NCBI GenBank assembly: GCA_043228905.1
Contig: JBHGNT010000016.1
Coordinates: 10,726,001-10,790,000 of the forward strand
Direction: 5' to 3'
From: Azolla caroliniana
Lineage: Eukaryota; Plantae; Polypodiophyta
Length of the DNA stretch: 64,000 bases
The notes beneath the pieces are model-generated. The model ran no database searches, was not told the DNA's origin, and saw only the letters and a program-made list of their open reading frames with translations. Shown here one piece after another: positions 25,047 through 38,180 of this stretch (position 1 is the first letter of the stretch; each line of letters opens with the position of its first letter). A program made the translations under genes and the position numbers.

Positions 25047-28000
25047 ATGGGGGTTCCTAACGAGAGTGAGTTGTCAAGTAACTCATGCATATCTGAAAGG
25101 ACTAAGAGATGAGTGATTCTTCACATAGTCCGTTATTTGGTAGAAATAACGAAGAGATTTAGTGAAGAGGATCGTAGGGATATTATCTATAGAGTGTTAC
25201 ACCATCAAAGTTTGAATGAAGACATGGAGAGAATAAAATTTAGGGACCAATGTGTTTCAGAAGAGATTGTGGAGTCTATGAAGTCATCCTTAGACTTAGT
25301 GAAAGGTGTAGAGAGCTTAGACAAACTTGCTGCAAAGAGGGCAGCCCTACACATGGTTGTGAACGGTGCGAGAGAAAAAAAATATAGTGATACTAAAGTT
25401 GCCTTAGCCCTGGGTATTCAAAGAAGGAACTTGAGGAAACATCGCCGAAATATACACTCAAGCAAATTCAAGTGGCTGGGGTTGGGACGTAGACGAAGAT
25501 GTGATGCCTTATCTCAGGAGATTATTGAGAAAGTGGATTCATTTTGGGCCAAAAATACGCGTGTCTCACCGAATAAGAAGGACGTGTGTAGACAACGAAT
25601 AAGTCAGGGTAAGTACCAGATTCACCCTAGACACTTCTTGGAGATGACAGAGGTATTCCATTTTTTTATATCAATTCACATTCCATAACTTTGTGTTTTG
25701 ACCAAGTGTATATTAATGTTTGCTATATATATTGGTTGATGTAGGCTGAATTGTACATGAACTTTAAAGACCAACATCCAAGCTTGACTGTTGGATTCCG
25801 CAAGTTCCAAGGTTTGAAACCATTTTATGTTAGAAAATTAAATGAGAGGAATACATGTTGTTGTGTGTACCATGTGAAGATGGACATGTTAAGGCTAGTA
25901 GTGAATGCAATGCGTACTGATTCTAAGGGTATACACAGGGAGTTATGTGTCTACACTTGTGAGATTTGTAGACCAAATGGGGAGGATAATAGGTGTAATG
26001 CACGAAACATCACTTATGCATCCGTTTCTGAGCTATGGAGGTCTTGTGTTTGTGAAAAAGAACCATCATGTGAGTGACATCGTCGTACATGTCTATTAAG
26101 AATATGTAAGGTTTGTCCGCTACCATTATTTTGTAGGCAGGAGCTTGATTTGGGAAATAGTCATATCATGAAATGGAAATATTTGGAGTATGTGACTGAA
26201 AATATTGGCAAGGGAGTTGTAACTAAGCGTATCAATGAAGTATATAAGGAGACATGTGCTGCTACCCTTGTCTCAGAATTTAAGAAACAACTTGGGGAGT
26301 TCATTCCACATAACTTCCGGAGTTATTGGCAAAATTCACAGTTCAAGGAATGTATTAATAACTTACCAACGGGTGTCATCGTATCCGTTATTGATTTTGC
26401 AGAAAACTATACATTTAAAGTTCAAAATGAGGTTCAATTAATGCATTGGTACAATGATCAATGTACAATACTTGTACATATTTGCTATTGGAGGCAAGAC
26501 GGTGAGTTACATAAGAAATCAATATTTTACATTTCAGATGATAAAAAGCATGATACACTATTTGTTCAACATTGTTTTAAGCTTCACCATGCAGATTTAT
26601 TTTCTCTAGGGTTAACCTTTAACCGTCATTGGGTTTGGTCTGATGGTGCTGCCTCGCAGTTTAAGGCGGCACGATCGTTCTACTTTATCGCCAGGTAATT
26701 TTTAATCCATATGTTTAGTACTTATCATGCAATGTGTAAGGAAGTAATTCTTGTGTTAGTGGATGCATACTAATTATGTTTGTAACTATTAACAAACAGT
26801 ACTATTCACATGGGTGCATACTAATTATGTTTGTAACTATTCGAATCTTGCACTTGTGAATGGATGCATGCATACTAATTTTGTTTGTACTATGTTGTGT
26901 GTTGTATCTGTACTAAATCAGTATTTACTGAAGGATGTAAAGTACTCGTATTGTACTCTATAGTATTGTCCGTCCTTAAGAGAATTGTACTAAGTAACTT
27001 TTAATCCATGTGAAGTGTTCTCCATAGACACATTGTACTATGTTGTGTTTACAGAAGGATGTAAAGTACTCATCTTGTACTCATAGTATTGTCCGTCCTT
27101 AAGAGAATTGTACTAATTATCTTTTTATCCATGTGAAGGGTTCTCCATAGACACATTGTACTATGTTGTGTGTTGTATCTGTACTATGTTGGGTGTATAG
27201 AAGGATGTAAAGGACTCATATTGTACTCAGAGTATTGTCCGTGCTTAAGAGAATTGTACTAAGTATCGATTAATCCATGTGAAGGGTTCTCCATAGACAC
27301 ATTGTACTATGTTGTGTTTACAAAAGGATGTAAAGTACTCATCTTGTACTTAGAGTATTGTCCGTCCTTAAGAGAATTGTACTAATTATGTTTTAATCCA
27401 TGTGAAGGGTTCTCCATAGTATTGTCCGTCCTTCAGAGAATTGTACTAAATCAGTATTTACTCATGTTGTACTCATAGTATTGTACTCATCTTTTAAACA
27501 CATTGTGTGGTACTGATTATCTATTAATCAATGTTCAGCGTTCTCCATGAACACACTGTATTGTACTATGTGTTGTATCTATACTAAATCAATGTTTATT
27601 GGGGGATGTAAAGTACATGTCTTGTAGTACTAATGATCTTCTAAGGAGGGTTGTGTTCTCCGTGGACACATTGTACTGTACTATCCGATATTGAACATTT
27701 TGTACTATTTATCTATTAATACATGTAGAGTGCTTTCCATGAACTCATTGTACTATACTTTGTGCTATATCCATACTAAGTTAGTATTAAATGGATGCCA
27801 GGTACTGTTGGTTGACAACATAGTACTTTTTATCTTTTAATAAGTGTAGAGTGTTCTCAATGGATACGTTGTGCTATGCTTTGTTTTGTATTTGTACTAA
27901 ATCAGTATTAATGGAAGTGTAGTACTCTCAATTGACAACATAGTACTAATTTTGTTCGAAACCTGAGATACCAAAGCAGGCATTTCTCCTTATTCAATAT

Positions 28001-28864
28001 TCGTATGCAATGGAATTACTTCGGTTTGGACATGTAAAAGGAGAGCATGATGGTGCGGGGGCTGTGATCAAACGTGCCCTTACAAGTGAGCAGTTGGATA
28101 ATAATGGTGCTAAGTTACAAAATGCACATGATGTTGTGCAGTGGCTAACATGGAAGATGTCAAATGATGGTAAGAACAGATTGTTTGTTGAAGCTCGCGC
28201 TAATGAGGTCGATAGAATTAAATCATATGGTTGTAAAACTGTGAAAGGCACATGCAGCACCCATTGTGTGTTAGGGTTTAGCCGCAAGGACACAACACAA
28301 TTGTTACTCCATAGTTTATCATGCTTTTGTTCCATGTGTCTAGATGAAGCTTGGGATAAATGCATCAACCTATCAATCGTGGAGCCCTGGAAGCTGCAGA
28401 AGCTTGAGCCTGAATGACAAGATGATATTGAAGAGGATGTGCATTCAAACGATATTGTATACTACAACCAAAATCAAGACTTGGCAGTTTTATTGGAAGT
28501 TGGAGATCATTTTGCAGTGCTCAAATCTCCTCAGAATGAAGATTTAGAAGACTACTACATTGTGGTGTGCAAGCAAGGAAAGACATTATTGAAAGAAGTG
28601 GTGAGGGATGGTTGGGGCAACAATTTCAACGTTGGTGAGTCTGTCGTGTATGGAAACTATTATGCAAAGTTGCCGCAGTGTAAGAACACATATGCATTAC
28701 TAAAAGAAGCACCCATCGCAATAATCTACGCTGATGCTATTCTTGCGATCAAATTCAATATGACTCAAGCAAAGCACAAGGTTAAGGGATACAACACTGT
28801 CTACAAGGTCCCCCAAGAGGTTCATGAGCACATATTAGGGGAGGTCTCTCTATTTAATGCTTGA
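25047..28864 (+). pseudogene. Sola2-type DDD transposase, three exons (introns ~25653-25744 and ~26695-27965), with stops and frameshifts
   Basis: TCCCVYH, VIDFAENY..EVQLMHW, WSDGAASQFK, GHVKGEHDGAGAVIKR, SCFCSMC; GT/AG junctions visible. Confidence 0.85.
26900..27500. repeat. Intronic ~120-135-bp tandem repeat, GTAC-rich
   Basis: GAAGGATGTAAAGTACTC...GTCCTTAAGAGAATTGTACTAA...TTCTCCATAGACACATTGTACTATG repeated about 4 times. Confidence 0.9.
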
Positions 28865-31521
28865 AAGTCACCCTATCAATACATTGTACCAGAAAACTGA
28901 AAAACATCCACTTGGAGTTCACTATTAATTTTGATGATTGACAAATGAATTGATATATTTCGTCTTTCTTCTAAAGTGTTTATGCCTCTCAACCACTTGT
29001 ACTTATCTTTCATAATATATTAGTTGTTGTCAATAGGACTTGGATTTCTTCATTGCCAATATTGCTCATGTTTCTTGATGTTATTTGAGCATAGAAGTTT
29101 TGCAGAGCCATGTTAAAATGAGTAAAAATATTGTATATCTTCTTGATAAAGTCTAGATTCATAAGAGTTGGTGTGTCCTCTGTTGGCACATAAATCTGCT
29201 CTTCTTTTGCTACCAAGAGAAGATTGTTAGTTGAATTCATTAAAGACTTTAATATTGTAAGATTTTCTACTGTAAGTTCATTCTTCAAAGGGGGCGATGA
29301 ATTCTGTGAAGACAACAAAGAAAATTATTCTCTCAGAATCCTTTTTTGTTTCATGATATGTCCTGTGAAGCCATCTGAGTTTTAACTTCTTGTATATAAG
29401 TCCTGAATATCCAGGCTATGGATTTTAAAGTACCGACCTTCCTTTCCTTAACAAAATAATCCAACTCCTGAAACAATAATTTGTGATAGCTCAAAAAGGT
29501 AAGTGTTTCCTTACTACTGTTAGTGGATGGTTCATCCTTTGGGATGATATCATCAAAATATGGCCCACATTGCTTCAACAATTTGCAAACATTCTGGTTA
29601 CCCTCCAAATGGGATTGATGAAACAGTCTATACTTCAGTATATCTTCAACAACACCCGATATTTTCTGTTTCTCATCATCAACACCGGAAAACCTAAATT
29701 TTCCTAGCAAGCTAAGAAGACTTTCAAGCATTTTATCTACAACAGACTGAAAGACTTTGTGAGGATTAGGAGATGATCTCAAAAAAGAAACAAAACGTTG
29801 TAAAATAAGAGTACTTAGATCAAAAAGTATATTCCCATTGTTTTTTATATATGTTGACGAGCAAAATACAGAAGCAATCCTTAAACATGAACTTGATTTC
29901 ACACTGGTATAACTATTTCAGATTCATGAACTGGATTTTTGACATTGGCAATTGAAACAGTATTTTGGTGTCCAAATAGTTCAATTTCAGACATCACTAA
30001 CAACTAAAGTTCAAGTACAATCGAAAGACAATCAGGCACTAGAGGGTAACTTGGCCGATCTTGTAATGCGCTTGTTGTTGGTGCCAGATTTTTCTGATTT
30101 TACATTGTTCTTTATCTTAAAGCCTTTAGGTATGAGTTGACTAAGTGGCACTTCATCATCAGAGGCATCAGAGACAGGCATGGATGCGCGGGCACCTTGT
30201 ACTGGTGGCAAGCTTGAGAGAGCAACTGTGTTTTCTGCAACTGCAATGCTTGTACACAAATCCACAAAGGTGCTATCGATAGACAAATTATCACTCATCT
30301 CCTGAATGCTTGTACTCCTAGCGATCTTTATTGCCCTATCATCATCACCGATGCCTATATACTCGTTCTTATTAGACGCCTGTATGCGGACCGTGGCAGT
30401 AGTCATGGTCAACTCCTCTTGTACGGTGGATGTCACCTCATTCTTAAGACAACGTGTACCTGCTTGGGTGGTCGTTATTGCCTGGTCCTCTTGGGTGATG
30501 CTAGTATGCTCGCTCTGAGTACAATCAGGCCCCTCTTCATTAATAACGTTGTTCGCTCTACACTCATGGGATTCTGTACAATCAGGCTTATCTTCAGGGA
30601 AAGCGATGTTCTTTCCACGATCCTCATGGGTTTCACAAGACACTACTAGCACATTCTCAGTACAATCAAGCTCCTCTTCATTACTAGCAATGTTCTTTCC
30701 ATGATCCTCATGGGAATCTTTAGACAGTACTAGCACATTATCAATAGACACTACTAACAACACCGGGTCATTTGAAACAGGTAATATGTCGTATTCTCTT
30801 TTGGCATAGTTGGCCAGATGTAGACAAGTACCCTATTTTAGCCTGATATCGAAAATATACAATGCATGCGTACCCCTTTTGCGACTTGATGGTTAAATAT
30901 AGAACAAAAAAAACCTAGCAATTACTAAATTGTATATGTGTCCACATTCGTGTCAATTTGCATATCATGGAGCACAATTGAAGACTTGGTTCAATATAAA
31001 GTTCTAAAATTGGTATCCATATTCAAATTGTAGAGTAAAACTACATAAACCATAATTATAAATATGTGGTTCTGGGTTTAGGAATAAAGTAGTACCCCAC
31101 TTGTTGGACGGGTATATCGATAGTTTCATTGTATAATGTCATATAGTTCATGACAATGTAATTGGTAAGAGTAACAATTACGTACGACATTCATTTATAC
31201 TATGTGGAACCAGTAGACTTGAACCGTAAGTAACTAAAAACCTCTTATTATCAAAAACATTTGCCTTTTCATATACAGTCATGCTAACGAAAATGAGAAA
31301 TTACAATATCATGTTAATATCTCAAACTGAAGAAGAGCATGGTGACCAATTATATGTAAATACAAACTACGGTTCCAATAATGATTAAAAAGGGAAATTA
31401 TGAACAGGTGAATTTAATTAAACGATAAACCATTACAGATGTTCTCATATACAAATATAATATGAAGTGATGGTGAACATTATGCCTCAAAATCCTCAAT
31501 TTTTACATTACGCCATCTACA

Positions 31522-34500
31522 TCAATCTATAAGCAAATCAGGCAGAGCAGGCTCCTCTGGCGCTGATTGTTCTAGACTGTTTTCATTCGTGTCATCTCCA
31601 AGCTCTCCCGAATCTGATGTATGGTCAAACTGTGCTACATCTTCCAGGTCCACCAGCTCCCTTGCTTCTTCATCAATTGGTTCCATTGGTTCTCGTGAAG
31701 TCATCTGGAACATCTCTGTCTCGTTGATGTGTTTTGCTACGACTTCTTGATCCTGATCTGGACAGTCCCAGATTCCTGTGATCCTCATTTTGATGAAGTT
31801 AACTAGAGCAAGGTCCTTCTCCAATGCAACACAGTTTCTAAACATCTTCAATGCACAAGCTGTCGTTGTACCTAATGGTCGCATGAACACAAACAAGTAT
31901 ATATAAGAAGTAACGTCTTAAACTTGATTGACAGGATTGAAATTAAATATATATATTATACCTGTGCCAGAGAACAATTCTAGGACCCAATCATTTGGAT
32001 TCGAGAAGAGCTCTATGAGGCGGTTGATCAATCTTTGAGGTTTTTGATAAGGTTTCACCATACTTTTATCCCCTGACACATGTCTTAATTTTTTGGTTAC
32101 AGCTGGGCACATGATGTAGTTAACCACATTACGCTCATTGACATGTGCTCTAGCCTTCTTCTTTGTAATTGAATCATAGTAGCCCACACAAAAATGTTCG
32201 ACCGCACTAACCATTCGATCACCAGGGCTACGTGTAATATTTGTTTTGATCCTATAGAGAAAGAAAATCAAGTATTAGAGGTGTAAATGTGTAAATATAA
32301 TAAGAAGTACTTTAATGAGTAAAAGCGAACTATAACGCACCAATGCATGTGTTCAGTGGCATGACAACGGGACTTCAAAGCTGTTGTGACTGATAGTGAT
32401 TGCCCCATGCTATGAAATATGACTATCCTCCACAAGGGGGCCAATGTCAGTTCTGAGAAATCCTTTACCATTTTCTCGATTTGAGGGTACTTGAAAGGCA
32501 CATCATCATATGTTGATCCCGCAATACGGAAACCATATGGTATGTTAGCTATCAGCAAAGTGTAGTGCCTTCTCGGTAACAGTTCAAGCATCTGGGATAC
32601 TTCGCCATTGAAAACACTATAATGAAGCTGTTTGAAAGGATCGGACCTATGCAAAAAACTCTTTACAGTCTCCGAATCCTCGGGCAGTTCCATTTCCTTC
32701 CCTTTGGTCATTCTCTTCTCATATTTCGCATGTTCTAAGTGCATGATGAAGGCCGCTGGAATACCGTCATTATTGTGGTTGTTCTTTTTCGATTTTGATG
32801 GTTTCTGCAAGTGTCATTGTTGTTAGCAGGGAACATTACTTTCTAACATATCAACATTCAAAAGACACATACCCATTCTCTAAATACAATAAAATATTCC
32901 TCCAATGCCTTGTAGGAAGAAGTTATCGGGCAGGCTTGTTCAACTTCTTCCCATGTCGGTAAACTCAGTTTTTGCATCATCAACTCCTGAATCTTCATGT
33001 ATAACTTGTGACTGCACAATCAATATGAAATTAGAAATAAGATATTCAAAATAATTGAAGACTTTCATGAAAAGGTATACTATAAACACTTACTTTTGCA
33101 AGTCTGTTACCATCTCGTCCAAACTAAATTCCTTGGCGACCACTCGAGATAGCACGGATATTAACAATCTATCATCTTTGATACCTTGTAAAGATCTCCA
33201 AGGTAAAAGTTTCATGTCCTTTGCTAACTCCTCGATTACCAAGTCGCTTTTTCCCTTGGTCTTTGATTTCATCTCAACTTGTGGATCAATTCTTCCCTTT
33301 TTTGATCTTTGCCCCTTGACTTCTTTCCGCTCCCACATAGAGAATATTTTGTCTTGGAGATCCCACACCTCTCCGGTCCGAAAAGCTAGTTGAAACCAAG
33401 AATCATATTTTCAGAGACCTTCGGATTTGGTACTCTCATCCACTGCAATCCCTACTTCCAATAAACACTGGCGTTGCAATCCAGGCCACAATCTTGGACC
33501 AAAACGATTCAAGGCATCCAGGTATTCATGATGAAAAAATCTTATCCTCTCTATACATGACATCTTTTGCCTATAATCGTTGTCATTGTTAGGTCCCATG
33601 CGAGCAGCTTCGCCTCCTCGTGAGTTAGTCCTGCATATACCTTACATTCGGCGTACTTGAAGAACGGCGTGAGAGGATATTCTTTGACAAGCTGTCGTCG
33701 AGCTTCGGCCGAATGTGATCCTCCGATTACATAGTATGTGTAATCGTCTGCAAAGCTATACTTGAAATCTGCTACTGTAGGGCATTGTTCTTGATCAACC
33801 ATTACCAAAAATGGCACCACAGTAGCGTGAGGATTGATTTTCATTTTGCTTTTCAGGTTTTGCACATGGACGGAGTGCGGCTCCCTAATTTCCAAGGGAC
33901 GTCTTCCAGTCACGGGGTCAATGGGGGGCCTTTGGATAGAAGTAATGGGCAAATGAAATAGCTGGCCCTTGCGCACAAGTTTAGTCTTCACAATATTTTC
34001 TCTTATTTTATTTTGTTCTGACGTCAGGACACCAGAAGATAGTTGTCCGCCTGGAGCCACGACGTCGACTTGTTGGTCGTCTTCTTCTTCCACGAACTCT
34101 AATATTTCTTCTTCTTCTTCTTCGGGTCGTGGTCGTTTAGTATATTTCTTTTGAACAGGATTTGTCTTCCTAGACTTTTTCGGTGGAGTTTCTGCTTCAC
34201 CGGTCATCATCTCTCCTGTCACGTACGACCGAAGAGCTACCAACAAGTTATTTTTCGTTTGCAGGTCTTTACACAAAGCCTTGGGATTGCAAGATTCGGG
34301 TACTAGGTTTCCCTCATCAAGTCGCAATCGCCTGTTGCCAACTGAGCTCGAGACGTCGATTAAAATACTTGTAGAGTCAATGTCTTCGTACTCTAGCTTG
34401 GTTACATGCCCGTAATTAAATGTTTTTCCAAGCTGAAGTTTCCCTTCCCCATCCGATTTTGCCGTTATCAATAACAACACCCCATCCTCCTCGACATAAG

Positions 34501-34670
34501 AGAGACACCATTCAAGTTCGGGGTAATCCTTATATTTCACCTCAACCGTTTTCTCCTCTTACGTACTACCTTTGTTGATTTTGGTAGTAGCCACAGATGA
34601 ATTGGATCCTCCTTCCCCCGTTGAGTCAAATAAATATTACTAACCTGACGATTTTCTTTCCCTTGTTCAT
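31522..34670 (-). pseudogene. ParB/Srx-like domain plus beta-class N6A/N4C DNA methyltransferase, five exons, copy A
   Basis: LPITSIQRPP..IREPHSVHVQNLKSKM..YYVIGGSHSAEA (ParB-N-like); LLIANIPYGF (motif IV); PYQKPQRLINRLIELFSNPNDWVLELFSGTG|TTTACALKMFRNCVALEKD (motifs X, I, II); introns ~33090-33012, 32873-32807, 32340-32252, 31961-31873; frameshift near 33595; start position approximate. Confidence 0.85.
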
Positions 34671-34967
34671 GGTTCGTGCCGGAGGTAGTGCTATCGACGA
34701 TGTGCTTCTGAGTGCTCGAAAATTGGCCTGTGCTCTGAGCTCGATGGATTCTTTCACGTGATAATGAAAATGAAATTTCTAACCTCCTTATATAGAAGAC
34801 TTTAGCATTCTTTTTAAAATAAAAAATAATTTTTAATTATTTGTTTTTTAGGAAAATTTCGGAAAATAATATAGTTAATCTAAGTGTTCGGGTAGTTATA
34901 TAGTTAGGCTTTAGCATTCCTTAATTTTCTCAAAAGAAGGTTTTAGAATACAGTTAGACTCCCTCAA

Positions 34968-37640
34968 ATGTCTTCTTCTACAAGTAGAACATCTCTTTTT
35001 TCTATTGCCCCCTTCTCATTGTCAGACAACTCGTATTTCTCAATAGAAGAGTACGACCACAAAAAACATTCGCGGCTTAAACAGAAAAGTGTGGCTCCTA
35101 GTACTTCGAATTCTCTGTTTTCAATTGATCCTGTTGATGGCCCTCTTCATGCAAGCTTACAAGCGGACGATTCTTCGTCGATAGATAACAATAGCATTAC
35201 TAAACCTCTAGCATTTAAAAGAGTTCCTCGACAAGTTAGTGAAAAGAGATTTAATTTCTTATGTTCTGATCGTCAACTTCTATGCGACTTGAACAAATCG
35301 TGTTGTGCGAATCTCTGTCTATCAACTTATGGAAAGTCAAGGTTACGTGAAACACGACAAAAATACTTGTCGCTTAATGGGGAAGAGCAAGATACATTTC
35401 TTCTTTCGCATATGCAACTTAAATTGGATCACAAAGCAGGGCCTAATTCAACGCAAGTTGAATATTTCCTTGGACTAAATACCAAGTGTTGTCGAGCAGC
35501 TTTTAAAATCACTCATAGCATTGGAAATATGCGGCTGCAACGAGTTCAAGAGCGACTTGTGAAGGGCTCCTGGGTACAATTCGATCAAAATGGTTCTGGA
35601 TGTAAGGGTCAAATTGGGCAACAGGCAATTAGGTGGATGGAGGTATATTTTTCAAAACAGTGTGAAGTTATGCCAACGACAGGAAGACTTCATTTGTCAG
35701 ATAACTTTACTCGAAGGGAAGTTTACCAATCGTACAAGGACGACATGTCTTCCGATGTTGAGCCTTACATATAGTACAGGCATTTTAATCGACTATGGAG
35801 GTTACAATTTAATAACGTGGTTATCCCACGAAAGGTGCGAATGGGAGTCTGCTCAATATGTGCAAGTTTAAAAAGTATGGCCAAGGGTGGAAAATCAGAT
35901 GTAGAGATCAAGAATTACAAGAACCTGTTAAAAGAACATCGTGAAAGTCAGGCATTGGAACGTACTAAGGCTATGCATCACCGACAAAAAGCGTTTCAAT
36001 CTCCCGAAAAGTATATGTGCATGATTATTGACGGCATGGATCTAAAGAAAACTTGTTTGCCACATTTTCAAAGACTCCCCAAGGATATTGGAGATGAGTG
36101 TCTCGTGCAAATGCATCTAGTGGGTTGTTTGACATACTGTCAAACTATAAGACCACAAGTGTTCTTAACTTATCCCAATATCCACAACGACCCTAATCTT
36201 ACTGTCAGTGTCATGCACAGGGTATTGCAATCATGGTCAGGTATACTCCCGCCAGTTCTATATGTGCAACTAGACAACACAGCAAGAGAGAATAAGAACT
36301 CAACTGTCTTCGGCTATCTAAGCATGCTAGTAGCGAGGGGCATATTTAAAAAGATAAAGGTTAACTTCTTGTTGGTTGGTCATACCCATGATCACATAGA
36401 TCAAATGTTCAGTAGGTTCTCAAAGAAACTTGCTCGTTGAAATGCTTTCACACTTCCCACGCTATCCAAATTGATTAGTGAAGCATATACACCAAAGCCT
36501 GAAGTACAACACTTGGAAGAAGTATACGACTTTAAACGTTTCTGCATGGATAGTGACGGGACTAAAGGTAGGGTGCTTGCACCTCTTAATAATATAAGTT
36601 TCAACCATGTCTTCCTCATAAAACAAAGATCGGCCTACCTGAAGATGACGGTGTTGTTTGCGAAACAATACTCATCTAGTGCACAATGGGAGCCCCAAGA
36701 AGGTTGTAGGCTCCTCCTTCATATCCCAGATGAACCTCTACATGGTGCACAACAAATGCCATATGATGATCGTAAAAATGTAGCACCAAATAGTACTATT
36801 GATGAACAAAGGGCATATTGGTTGAGATGTCTAGCAGAGAAACAAAATAATATTGATCGGACTAAGAAGTATGCCGGTGATGAGGATGTTGAATGGTGGG
36901 AGATTTTCTTCACCCATCAGCGCACCATTTTAGATAATTACATCGCCGGTTTATGGCCAATCCATATCCCATTCACATGGAACATTGGGATGACATCAAC
37001 GACATCGCAGACTCATCACCAACAATCGAATAATATGGAGCTTCATGATTTAGTTCGGCCACTGCAAAGAGATATTTATGTGGGACCAAGAAAGTCACGT
37101 ACTGTTGAGGCAAGATGGCAAGGTAATTTGCAAGAACTACAAGTTGGAATGTTGGTTGCAACATTAGTAGGGGACGATACCTTGGGCCATCCATTTTGGA
37201 TTGCAAAAATTATTGAATTAGTAAGGGATGAAGAAAGTAGTCAGACAAAGTCAATAGTAGTCCATTGGTATCAGACAAATTCAATTGATGCATTTACAGG
37301 AAAGTATTCTTTAGAGATGGTTAAGGATGTCGGATGTTCAAGCAGAAAGAGAAGAAGAAAGAATATACCGAGCACGGCTACTCTCGCACTAGACCGTGTT
37401 GACATACTAGTATATGACTTCTCATTGACAAAATCAGGTCATCTAAGACAAGCAACTATCAAGATAATAAAGGAGAAAATCCCAAACATGGTGTCAAACG
37501 AAATACAGAGAATAACCAGAAGCAATTCTCATAACCACAAAGATGTTGGGTTGGAATTGGATGAGGATAATGCTTTGATTGCCACTGATGATGAGGATGA
37601 GACGTCAGAATGCTCTTCTAGTCCATCAGACATGTCTTAA
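34968..37640 (+). pseudogene. Intronless DDD transposase (Sola1/DUF7869-like), copy A, two in-frame stops
   Basis: ORFs 34968, 35817 and 36471 share one frame; CC..C and CSIC cysteine motifs, IIDGMDLKKTCLPH, QLDNTARENKN, FLLVGHTHDHIDQMFS. Confidence 0.88.
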
Positions 37641-37967
37641 TATATTGGTTTAGTTCAAGCTGGGGATTGTTTTACTACATGATCGGAAACTTTGTAAATT
37701 TGTTTTGGATGTAAACTCACGAATATGTATAATTGTAACTGGTAGACATGTTGTACATTATTTTGTAATTTTGGTGATGTATTTTTGGAGGCATTTTACT
37801 TATGACTCAAAGTGGTAGTCATGTTGAAATTCAATATATTTTGCCACCTTTTCTGAAAAGCTTTATGCATGCGTCGTGTCTTTTTGAAAACTGCGTGCTT
37901 TTGTGCCCTTTTTCGACGTAGTGTTCTCATAATGCGACATATTACCTGTTTCAAATGACCCGGTGTT

Positions 37968-38180
37968 TAACACATTATCAGTACAATCAGTCTTCTCTTC
38001 AGCACTTGCCACATTATCAGTACAATCAGTCTTCTCTTCAGCACTTGCCATATTCTTTCCACACTCTTCATGGGCTTCAATCTTCTCTTCAGTACTTGCC
38101 ATATTCTTTCCACACTCTTCATGGGCTTCAATCTTCTCTTCAGTACTTGCCATATTCTTTCCACACTCATAGGCTTCTTT
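37968..38180. repeat. Coding tandem repeats (39 and 51 bp units; ASTEEKIEAHEECGKNM)
   Basis: Direct read; related units continue at ~30500-30755. Confidence 0.85.

Larger units (their letters stand above)
30759..37967. mobile_element. TIR DNA transposon A (Sola1/DUF7869-like) carrying a ParB-methyltransferase gene, 7209 bp
   Basis: 37-bp TIRs AACACCGGGTCATTTGAAACAGGTAATATGTCGTATT (30759-30795 and 37931-37967, one mismatch); TSD TAAC (30755-30758, 37968-37971); removing it restores the host reading frame. Confidence 0.92.

Noticed and set aside
31522-37640. Bacterial or phage contamination, or a restriction-modification operon
   Set aside because: The MTase gene has spliceosomal introns, lies within TIR/TSD-bounded elements nested in plant retroelements, and no restriction endonuclease is recognisable
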